Shown piece after piece: positions 16,303 to 23,821 of a stretch of 40,000 nucleotides of DNA. Source of the DNA: Alphaproteobacteria bacterium (GTDB taxonomy: Bacteria > Pseudomonadota > Alphaproteobacteria > Bin65); assembly GCA_050186335.1 (NCBI GenBank), contig JBFWYO010000033.1, positions 1 to 40,000 on the forward strand, in the 5' to 3' direction. The notes beneath the pieces are model-generated. The model was not told where the DNA came from. It saw only the letters and a program-made list of their open reading frames with translations, and did no database searches. The position numbers and the translations under genes were made by a program. Position 1 is the stretch's first letter. Each line of letters starts with the position of its first letter.

Positions 16303-17202
16303 ATGAACAACGCGCGCATAAGCCGCCTGCGCGGCATCGCCCTCTCGGCGCCCGAGGCGCTTCAGGCGGTCGAGTTCTACGCCGAGGCCTGGGGCCTGGA
16401 GAAAGTCGCCGAACAGAACGGCGCGGTTTTCCTGCGCGGCACCGGGCCGGAGCATCATATTCTGTCGCTGGAGAACGGTCCCACACGCGGCATCGTGTAT
16501 CTGCATTTCGCCGTGCAGGACGAAGCCGCGCTCCACGCTTTGCACGCCAAGCTCAAGCATCAGAACGTGACCATCCTGCGCGAGATCGGCCCGTTCGCGG
16601 AACCGGGCGGCGGCATAGGCTTCGAAATCGTCGATCCGGATGCGCGCCGATTGCGCATTTCCTGTTCGGTCGATCTGTATCCGGATGCGCCCGATGCGGC
16701 TGACCGGCCGCGCAAGATCACGCATGTGGTCTTGAACACGCCGCAACTCGAAAAATCGCTGAAGTTCTATGAGGACGCGCTCGGCTTCCGGGTCAGCGAC
16801 TGGTCGGAGAATCAGATGGTGTTCATCCGCTGCAATGCCGACCACCATTCGATCTCGTTCAACCGCGCGCCGCATGCCTCGCTCAACCATATCGCCTTCG
16901 AGATGCCGAGCGTCGATGCGGAAATGCGCGCTATCGGCCGGCTGAAACGATTCAATGTCCCGGTACGCTGGGGCATCGGGCGACATGGGCCGGGCAACAA
17001 CGTGTTCGCCTATTTCACCGATCCGAACGATTTCGTCGTCGAGTACACGACCGAGGTACAGCAGGTCGACGAGGCGACGCATGAGCCGCAAGTCTGGAAG
17101 CGTGTGCCGGCGCTGATGGACCGCTGGGGCACCGCCGGTCCGCCGTCGCCGGAGATCCGCGCGGCGATGGCGGGAACCCCGGATCCCGGCGTGCGAGGCT
17201 AA
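16303..17202 (+). CDS. type I (two-domain VOC) extradiol dioxygenase, catechol 2,3-dioxygenase-like
   Basis: A 299 aa protein with two VOC modules. ITHVVLN, LNHIAFE and VVEYTTE give the H/H/E iron triad spacing of the C-terminal catalytic domain. Confidence 0.85.
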   Translation: MNNARISRLRGIALSAPEALQAVEFYAEAWGLEKVAEQNGAVFLRGTGPEHHILSLENGPTRGIVYLHFAVQDEAALHALHAKLKHQNVTILREIGPFAEPGGGIGFEIVDPDARRLRISCSVDLYPDAPDAADRPRKITHVVLNTPQLEKSLKFYEDALGFRVSDWSENQMVFIRCNADHHSISFNRAPHASLNHIAFEMPSVDAEMRAIGRLKRFNVPVRWGIGRHGPGNNVFAYFTDPNDFVVEYTTEVQQVDEATHEPQVWKRVPALMDRWGTAGPPSPEIRAAMAGTPDPGVRG

Positions 17203-17212
17203 CGGCAGTTAC

Positions 17213-17998
17213 ATGGACCTTCGCCTCAAAGACAAGATCGCCGTCGTGACCGGTGGCTCGTCGGGCATCGGGCTCGCGACCGCGCGCATGCTGCTGGCCG
17301 AGGGCGCCCGGGTGGCGATCTGCGGGCGCGATCCGGCGCGGCTGGCGGCGGCGGCAAAGAGCCTCGGCGCGAGCGCAAATCTGCTGGCGATCGCCTGCGA
17401 CGTGTTGGATGCCAAGCAGGTGGCGGACATGCGCGATCGCGTGGCGCGGCAGTTCAATGGTTGCGATATCCTGGTCAACAACGCCGGGCAGGGCAGAGTC
17501 AGCACATTTGCCACCACTACGGACGAACAATGGGACGAGGAACTGCGCCTGAAGTTCTTCAGCGTGATTTACCCGACCCGTGCGTTCCTGCCGCTGCTGG
17601 AGAAATCCGCGACGCCGTCGATTGTGGTCGTGAACTCCTTGCTGGCACGCCAGCCCGAGCCGCACATGGTGGCGACTGCCGCCGCGCGCGCCGGCATCCA
17701 GAATCTCATCCGCAGCATGGCGAACGAATTCGCGCCGAAGCAAATCCGCGTCAACGGCATCCTGCTGGGCGTAGTCGATTCCGGCCAGTGGTCAAAGCGC
17801 TACGAAACGCAGAAGCAGCCGGGTCAATCGAAGGAGGATTGGTTCAAGCAGGAAGCGGCCAAGCGGCACATCCCGCTCGGCCGATTCGGCCAGCCGGACG
17901 AGCCGGCCTCGGCCATCGTCTATCTGGCGTCGCCGCTGGCGTCCTACATCACCGGCGCATCCTTGGAAATTTCCGGCGGAGTGTCGCGCTATGCGTGA
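17213..17998 (+). CDS. SDR family oxidoreductase
   Basis: TGGSSGIGLA, NNAG and the C-terminal ITGASLEISGG are present, in a classical SDR length of 261 aa. Confidence 0.9.
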   Translation: MDLRLKDKIAVVTGGSSGIGLATARMLLAEGARVAICGRDPARLAAAAKSLGASANLLAIACDVLDAKQVADMRDRVARQFNGCDILVNNAGQGRVSTFATTTDEQWDEELRLKFFSVIYPTRAFLPLLEKSATPSIVVVNSLLARQPEPHMVATAAARAGIQNLIRSMANEFAPKQIRVNGILLGVVDSGQWSKRYETQKQPGQSKEDWFKQEAAKRHIPLGRFGQPDEPASAIVYLASPLASYITGASLEISGGVSRYA

Positions 17999-19649
17999 GT
18001 TGGTGACGGTCGGCGAACTGGTCGCGGCGTTCCTGGAAAGTTGCGGCGTCGGTTGCGCGTTCGGCGTGATCTCGATCCACAATATGCCGATTCTCGACGC
18101 CATCGCCCGGCGCAAGCGCACCCGCTTCGTGCCCGCGCGCGGCGAGGCCGGAGCGCTGTGCATGGCCGACGCGTACGCGCGCGTGAGCGGCAAGCTGGGC
18201 GTCGGGATCACTTCGACCGGCGTCGCCGCCGGCAACGCCGCGGGTTCGATGGTCGAGGCGCAGACCGCGGGCACGCCGCTCCTGCACATCACCGGCCAGA
18301 TCGAACTTGCCTATCTCGATCGCAACCGCTCGTACATCCACGAGGCGCGCAACCAGCCGGACATGCTGCGCGCGGTTTCCAAGGCCTTCTTCCGCGTCTG
18401 GACGCCCGAATCGGCGCTCGGCGTGCTGCGCGAGGCGGTGCGCGCCGCGCTGACGCCGCCGACCGGCCCGGTCAGCGTCGAAATTCCGATCGACGTGCAG
18501 CAGGCGCAGATCGTCCTGCCGGCGGATTTGAAGCCCTTGCTCGTGACGCCGCCCTATGCGTCGGACGAGGCGATCGATCGGCTGGCCGACCGCGTGGCGG
18601 CCGCTAAGCGCCCGATCTTGTGGCTCGGCGGCGGCGCGCGCGGTGCCGCGGCGCCGGCGACCAGGCTGGCCGATCTCGGTTTTGCCGTCGTGACCAGCGT
18701 CAACGGCCGAGGCACGGTGCCCGAAGAGCATCCGATGACGCTGGGCGCCTTCAACCTGTCGCCCGCAGTGGAAGAGCTCTATGCCACCGGCGATCTCATG
18801 CTGGTCGTCGGCTCGCGGCTGCGCGGCAACGAGACGCTCAAATACACCTTGAAGCTGCCGTCGCCGATCCTGCAGATCGACGCCGATCCGGCAATGGACG
18901 GGCGCGCCTATCGCAATGAATTGTTCGTCTGCGGCGACGCGCGCGACACTTTGGAAAGGCTGGCCGCGCGCATCGGCAACCGGATGTCGATCGATCCCGC
19001 GTTGGCGGGCGATCTCGGCGCCGCGCGCGCCAAGGCCCATGCCGCGATGTACGCAACGCTCGGGCCATACGCGCGCCTGGTCGACGATCTGATGTCGGTG
19101 ATCCCGAAGGGCGCGCCCTGGGTCCGCGACGTCACCGTGTCGAACAGCACATGGGGCAACCGGATGGTATGGCTGTCCGATCCGCGTCAGGGCGTGCACG
19201 CGCTGGGCGGCGGCATCGGCGAGGGCTTGCCGATGGCGATCGGCGCCGCGATGGCCACCGAGGGTCGCAAGACCGTGGCGCTGGTCGGCGACGGCGGCCT
19301 GATGATGAACATCGGCGAGCTGGCCACGGCGGTGCAGGAAAAAGCCGAAATCGTCATGATCCTGATGAACGATCTCGGTTACGGCGTCATCCGCAACATC
19401 CAGGATGCCTACTATGGCGGGCGCAAAGTCTATGCCGATCTGACCACGCCGGATTTCGGCTTGCTCGCCAAGTCGATCGGCGTGGCGCATACGCGTGTCG
19501 AACATCTCGACCAGTTCACCACGGCGCTGTGCGCGGCGCTGGTGACACCCGGCCCGAGCATCGTCGAAATCGACATGACCAAGATCGGCCCGTTCGCCAA
19601 GCCGTTCGCCGGTCCGCCGGTGCGCGCGCCGGCCGAGCCGAAGCAATGA
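17991..19649 (+). CDS. thiamine diphosphate-binding enzyme (acetolactate synthase large subunit / decarboxylase-like)
   Basis: A 552 aa protein. Its N-terminal Pyr domain contains ARGEAGALCMADAYARVSGK, and the ThDP motif is GDGGLMMNIGELATAV...MNDLGYG. It overlaps the preceding SDR gene by 8 nt. Confidence 0.9.
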   Translation: MRELVTVGELVAAFLESCGVGCAFGVISIHNMPILDAIARRKRTRFVPARGEAGALCMADAYARVSGKLGVGITSTGVAAGNAAGSMVEAQTAGTPLLHITGQIELAYLDRNRSYIHEARNQPDMLRAVSKAFFRVWTPESALGVLREAVRAALTPPTGPVSVEIPIDVQQAQIVLPADLKPLLVTPPYASDEAIDRLADRVAAAKRPILWLGGGARGAAAPATRLADLGFAVVTSVNGRGTVPEEHPMTLGAFNLSPAVEELYATGDLMLVVGSRLRGNETLKYTLKLPSPILQIDADPAMDGRAYRNELFVCGDARDTLERLAARIGNRMSIDPALAGDLGAARAKAHAAMYATLGPYARLVDDLMSVIPKGAPWVRDVTVSNSTWGNRMVWLSDPRQGVHALGGGIGEGLPMAIGAAMATEGRKTVALVGDGGLMMNIGELATAVQEKAEIVMILMNDLGYGVIRNIQDAYYGGRKVYADLTTPDFGLLAKSIGVAHTRVEHLDQFTTALCAALVTPGPSIVEIDMTKIGPFAKPFAGPPVRAPAEPKQ

Positions 19650-20443
19650 ACGCGCTGCTGATCGGTTACGGCGCCATCGGCCGGCATATCGTGAAGTCGC
19701 TGCGGCCGGGCGAAGCTGCGCAGGTAGGTACGATATTGGTACGCCCGCAGCGGGTCGCCGAAACGCAAGCCGCGGTCGGCGCCGCGATTGCCGTCGTCAG
19801 CACGCTCGGCGATGCGCTCGCACAAAAGCCGGACGTCGCGGTCGAATGCGCCGGGCATCAGGCGGTTTCGCAGTTCGGCCCCGAAGTGTTGGCGCGCGGC
19901 ATCGATCTCATGGTGATTTCCATCGGCGCGTTGGCCGATCGCGCCCTGTTCGAAAAGCTCAAGGCGGCCGCCGAACGCGGCAAGGCAAAATTGTTGCTGC
20001 CCGCCGGCGCCATCGCCGGCGTAGACGGGCTGGCGGCGGCGCGTCAGGGCGGGCTGGACCGCGTGCGCTATACGTCGCGCAAGCCGCCGAAAGCCTGGAA
20101 GGGCACGCCGGGCGAGAAAGTCGCCGATCTCGACGCGCTGACAGTAGCGACGGTTTTGTTTCAAGGCCGCGCCGACGATGCGGCGCGCCTCTATCCGCAG
20201 AACGCCAATGTCGCGGCCACCGTGGCGCTGTCGGGCGCGGGCTTCGATAAAACCGAAGTCGCGCTGATCGCCGATCCGGCGGCCGGTGGCAACGTGCACC
20301 AGATCGAGGCCGAGGGTGCGTTCGGGCGCTTCAGCATCGAGTTGCGCGGCAAGCCGCTGCCCGACAATCCGAAGACCTCGAGCCTGACGGCGTTCAGCCT
20401 GTTGCGGGCGATCCGCAACCGTGCCGAGGCGGTGGAGATATGA
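19646..20443 (+). CDS. nadX: aspartate dehydrogenase (NadX-like) family protein
   Basis: The N-terminus is LIGYGAIGRH. VECAGHQAV, GAIAGVDGLAAAR, YTSRKPPKAWKGTPGE, YPQNANVAATVALSG, NVHQIEAEGAFG and NPKTSSLTA closely parallel my memory of proteobacterial L-aspartate dehydrogenases. An ATGA overlaps the ThDP gene stop. Confidence 0.85.
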   Translation: MNALLIGYGAIGRHIVKSLRPGEAAQVGTILVRPQRVAETQAAVGAAIAVVSTLGDALAQKPDVAVECAGHQAVSQFGPEVLARGIDLMVISIGALADRALFEKLKAAAERGKAKLLLPAGAIAGVDGLAAARQGGLDRVRYTSRKPPKAWKGTPGEKVADLDALTVATVLFQGRADDAARLYPQNANVAATVALSGAGFDKTEVALIADPAAGGNVHQIEAEGAFGRFSIELRGKPLPDNPKTSSLTAFSLLRAIRNRAEAVEI

Positions 20444-20474
20444 CTCTTTCAATTCTACTCCGTTCCTCATTCCT

Positions 20475-20573
20475 CCCTCCCCCCTTGCGGGGGAGGGCCG
20501 GGGCGGGGGGCGATCGTCGAACACGCTCGCTGCGCCGACCCCCCTCCCAACCCTCCCCCGCAAGGGGGGAGGG
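20475..20573. repeat. Inverted pair of REP-like hairpins (family A: CCCTCCCCC-loop-GGGGGAGGG)
   Basis: Hairpin 20475-20497 is CCCTCCCCC-cttgc-GGGGGAGGG. Hairpin 20551-20573 is CCCTCCCCC-gcaag-GGGGGAGGG. Their G/C-rich flanks (ccggggcgggggg and ccccctcccaa) are also roughly reverse-complementary, so the two units form a larger imperfect palindrome. Confidence 0.8.
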
Positions 20574-20603
20574 CTTCCGTTGTGCGGTGGAGATACCTGC
20601 ACC

Positions 20604-22067
20604 ATGACTCTCCCCATCCTGATCGGCGGCAAATGGCGTGCGGGCACCGGCAAGGTGATCGCCTCGCGCTATCCGGCGGACGATTCGGTTACCGCGGAAG
20701 TCGCGGCGGCGTCGCCCGCCGATGTCGATGCGGCGGTCGAAGCCGGGGCAAAGGCGGCGCGCGATCCGGCGTGGCGCGATCTGTTGCCGCACCAGCGCGC
20801 GTCGTTTTTGTACAAGATTTCCGATCTGATCGCATCGCGCGCCGAGGCCTTGGCGCAGCTGCAGATGCGCGACAACGGCAAGCCGATCAGCGAAACCCGC
20901 GCGCTGGTCGCCAGCGCCGCCGGTACGTTCAGGTATTTTGGCGCCGTGGCGGAAACCACCGAAACGGAAATCACGCCGTCGCGCGGGCCGTATCTGAGCA
21001 TGAGCACCTACGAACCGCGCGGCGTGATAGCCGCGATCACGCCGTGGAATTCGCCGATCGCCAGCGATGCGCAGAAACTGGCGCCGGCGCTCGCGGCCGG
21101 CAACGCGGTGATCCTCAAGCCCGCGGAAGTGACGCCGCTGGTGGCACTGGAACTAGGCCGCATCTGCCTCGAGGCCGGCGTGCCGGAAGGGCTGGTCAGC
21201 GTGCTGCCGGGGCCGGGGTCGACGGTCGGCAACGCGATCGTCAGGCACCCGCTGGTGCGCATGGTCTCGTTCACCGGCGGCACGACGACCGGCAAGGCGA
21301 TCGCGCACGCCGCGGCCGACAAGATGATGCCGGTGCAGCTCGAGCTTGGCGGCAAGTCGCCGACTATCGTGTTCGACGATGCGGACCTGGATCATGCCGT
21401 CAACGGGGTGATCTTCGGCATCTTTTCCTCGGCCGGGCAGTCGTGCATCGCCGGCTCGCGCCTGTTCGTCGATGCGAAAATCTACGACACGTTTCTCGAC
21501 CGGCTGATCGCCAAGACGAAAACCCTGCGCATCGGCGATCCGCCCGATCCGAATACGCAGATCGGCCCGCAGATCAGCTTCGCGCACCGCAAGGTGATCG
21601 AGGATTACGTGGCGCTAGGCCGGCAGGAGGGCGGCGCCGTCGTGTGCGGCGGCGTGCGGCCGACCGGGTCGATCTACGACAAGGGCAGTTTCTATCTGCC
21701 GACCATCCTGGCCGGGCTCGGCAACAATGCCCGTATCTGCCAGGAGGAAATTTTCGGCCCGGTGCTGTGCGCGCTGAAGTTCAAGGACGAAGCCGACCTG
21801 GTCGCGCAGGCCAACGATTCCGTGTACGGACTGGCTTGCGGAATCTGGACGCGCGATTACAAGCGCGCCTGGCGGATCGGCCGCGCCATCGAGGCCGGCA
21901 CGATCTGGATCAACACCTATAAACTGTTCAGCATCGCCACGCCGTTCGCCGCGTTCAAGGACAGCGGCATCGGCGTGGAAAAAGCCCGGCGCGGAATCTT
22001 CAATTACATGCAGCAAAAGAGCTTCTACTGGGGCCTCAACGAGCGCCCGATGCCATGGGCGGATTGA
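20604..22067 (+). CDS. NAD(P)-dependent aldehyde dehydrogenase
   Basis: The start MTLPILIGGKW is preceded by GGTGGAGA about 10 nt upstream. ELGGKSP (catalytic Glu), GQSCIAGSR (catalytic Cys) and EEIFGPV are present. The track ORF start at 20421 runs through the REP pair and is rejected. Confidence 0.9.
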   Translation: MTLPILIGGKWRAGTGKVIASRYPADDSVTAEVAAASPADVDAAVEAGAKAARDPAWRDLLPHQRASFLYKISDLIASRAEALAQLQMRDNGKPISETRALVASAAGTFRYFGAVAETTETEITPSRGPYLSMSTYEPRGVIAAITPWNSPIASDAQKLAPALAAGNAVILKPAEVTPLVALELGRICLEAGVPEGLVSVLPGPGSTVGNAIVRHPLVRMVSFTGGTTTGKAIAHAAADKMMPVQLELGGKSPTIVFDDADLDHAVNGVIFGIFSSAGQSCIAGSRLFVDAKIYDTFLDRLIAKTKTLRIGDPPDPNTQIGPQISFAHRKVIEDYVALGRQEGGAVVCGGVRPTGSIYDKGSFYLPTILAGLGNNARICQEEIFGPVLCALKFKDEADLVAQANDSVYGLACGIWTRDYKRAWRIGRAIEAGTIWINTYKLFSIATPFAAFKDSGIGVEKARRGIFNYMQQKSFYWGLNERPMPWAD

Positions 22068-22073
22068 TTTTTT
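22044..22073 (+). terminator. Weak candidate intrinsic terminator after the ALDH gene
   Basis: CGCCC (22044-22048) pairs with GGGCG (22057-22061), and TTTTTT follows at 22068-22073. The stem is only 5 bp and overlaps the end of the CDS. Confidence 0.3.
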
Positions 22074-22138
22074 CAATATAAAATCAAATACTTAAACCTA
22101 TGATTGCAGCGCATGGGGGCCGTATCGCCTTTATATAG

Positions 22139-22150
22139 TAAGCAAGCTTA
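22139..22150. promoter_or_regulatory. Candidate MarR operator half-site pair
   Basis: TAAGC-aa-GCTTA is a perfect 5-2-5 inverted repeat. It lies about 50 nt upstream of the marR-like ATG, inside the most AT-rich stretch of the window (22068-22196). Confidence 0.25.
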
Positions 22151-22196
22151 TATTATGTTTAGCTTCCAGCATTGAAATCCGCCGCTGCCATAGCCC

Positions 22197-22682
22197 ATGA
22201 CCGCCGATCCGCCCGACCGCAACCTGGGATTCCTGCTGCACGACGCCGCGCGCCTGATGCGCAAGCGCTTCGAGCAGAAGGCGCGCCATCTCGGCCTCAC
22301 GCGGTCGCAGTGGCAGGTGCTGGCCAATCTGTTGCGCAACGAAGGCATCCAGCAGGGCGCACTGGCCGAACTGCTGGAAATCGAACCGATCACGCTGGTC
22401 CGCTTGGTCGATCGGCTCGAAGCCGCCGGCTTCGTCGAGCGCCGCGCGCATCCGACGGATCGCCGCGTGCGCCTGCTGTATCTGACCAAAAAAGTCCATC
22501 CGATGCTGCAGGAAATGCGCACGCTCGCGGCCGCCACGCGGGAAGAGGCGATGGTCGGCATTCCGGCGGCCGATCGCGACCGGTTGATGGACATGTTGGT
22601 GACGATGCGCGGCAATCTCACGCGCGTCAGCGATTCGAACATGCTGCCCGAACTGCCCGCGGTGAAGGTGCGGCATGGTTGA
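22197..22682 (+). CDS. MarR family transcriptional regulator
   Basis: The translation contains LGLTRSQWQVLANLLRNEG.QQGALAELLEIEPITLVRLVDRLEAAGFVERRAHPTDRRV, a winged helix with the DRR wing motif. Confidence 0.9.
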   Translation: MTADPPDRNLGFLLHDAARLMRKRFEQKARHLGLTRSQWQVLANLLRNEGIQQGALAELLEIEPITLVRLVDRLEAAGFVERRAHPTDRRVRLLYLTKKVHPMLQEMRTLAAATREEAMVGIPAADRDRLMDMLVTMRGNLTRVSDSNMLPELPAVKVRHG

Positions 22683-23820
22683 CGGCGACAGCAGATTGGC
22701 GCCCAAACCGGGCAGCATGGCCGAACGGCTGACCGAAGTCCTCACCGCGGGCGCCGAGAATTCGCCGGAAGGCAAACGGCGGCGTCTGCGCAAGCGCCTG
22801 TTATGGGCCGGGCCAATCGCGTTGCTTGCGCTCGCGCTGATCTCCTATCTGACCGGCGGCCGCTACATCTCGACCGACAACGCCTACGTGCAGGCCGACA
22901 AAACGCTCATCAGCACCGATGTCGCGGGCACCGTTGCGTCGATCGCGGTGCGCAACAACGACCGCGTCGAAGCCGGGCAATTGCTGTTCAAGCTCGACGA
23001 CGAGACCTATCGCATCGCCGTGCGCGGCGCGGAAGCGCAATTGGCCATGGTGCGCAACGATATCGTCGCGCTGAAGGCGACCTATCAACAAAAACTCGCC
23101 GAAATCAGGCAATCCGAGGCCGATATCGTATTCTACGAGCGCGACGCCAGTCGTCAGGCCGATCTGTACAAGGGCAAAGCCACGTCGCTCGCCGACTGGG
23201 ACGAAGCGCGCCATAAACTCGATCAGGCGCGCGCCAATCGGATCTCGTTGCAGCAACAGGCGGATTCCGTGCTCGCACAGCTCGGCGGCACGGCCGATCC
23301 GCAAGTCGAAACCCATGCGCGCTATCTGCAAGCCAAGGCGCAGGTCGACAAGGCCGAGCGCGATTTGCGCCGGACATCGATCTCGGCGCCCGCGACGGGC
23401 ATCGTGACCAACGTCGACAAGTTGCAGGTCGGCCAGTATCTGAGCTCCGCTCAGGCCGCGTTCAGCCTGATTTCGACCGAGCAGGTTTGGGTCGACGCCA
23501 ATCTCAAGGAAACCGAACTTACCCATGTGCGCGCCGGCAACCCGGCAACCATCACGGTGGATACCTATCCGGGCCGCACCTGGAAGGCGGTGGTCGCCAG
23601 CATCAGCCCGGCGACCGGCGCCGAATTCTCGCTGCTGCCGCCGCAGAACGCCTCGGGCAATTGGGTCAAGGTGGTCCAGCGCGTGCCGGTGCGGCTGCGC
23701 GTCGAAGTGCCCAAGGACGCGCCGCCGTTGCGCGCCGGCATGAGCGTCACGGCCGAGATCGACACCGGCCATCGACGTTCGCTCGGCACCCTATTCGAAT
23801 CCATCGGCCACTGGTTCTGA
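22675..23820 (+). CDS. emrA: HlyD/EmrA-type membrane fusion (periplasmic adaptor) protein
   Basis: It has a single N-terminal TM segment (LLWAGPIALLALALISYL). This is followed by YISTDNAYVQAD...GTVASIAVRNNDRVEAGQLLFKLDD, a coiled-coil region, and the C-terminal NWVKVVQRVPVRL. The start at 22675 overlaps marR, but ATG 22717 is also possible. Confidence 0.85.
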   Translation: MVDGDSRLAPKPGSMAERLTEVLTAGAENSPEGKRRRLRKRLLWAGPIALLALALISYLTGGRYISTDNAYVQADKTLISTDVAGTVASIAVRNNDRVEAGQLLFKLDDETYRIAVRGAEAQLAMVRNDIVALKATYQQKLAEIRQSEADIVFYERDASRQADLYKGKATSLADWDEARHKLDQARANRISLQQQADSVLAQLGGTADPQVETHARYLQAKAQVDKAERDLRRTSISAPATGIVTNVDKLQVGQYLSSAQAAFSLISTEQVWVDANLKETELTHVRAGNPATITVDTYPGRTWKAVVASISPATGAEFSLLPPQNASGNWVKVVQRVPVRLRVEVPKDAPPLRAGMSVTAEIDTGHRRSLGTLFESIGHWF

Positions 23821-23821
23821 C

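Noticed and set aside
15364-17091. 575-aa minus-strand ORF; the same applies to 17949..19646 (565 aa), 12660..14291 (543 aa), 13828..14715, 19430..20653 and 25407..26516
   Set aside because: All are antisense to plus-strand genes with clear family motifs (IclR, extradiol dioxygenase, ThDP enzyme, Rieske, SDR, AspDH, monooxygenase). All have Arg/Ala/His-rich composition without domains.
20421-20603. N-terminal extension of the ALDH ORF (MPRRWRYDSFNSTPFLIPPSPLAGEGRGGG...)
   Set aside because: The extension is simply the translation of the REP hairpin pair. The ATG at 20604 has a proper RBS and gives the canonical ALDH N-terminus.
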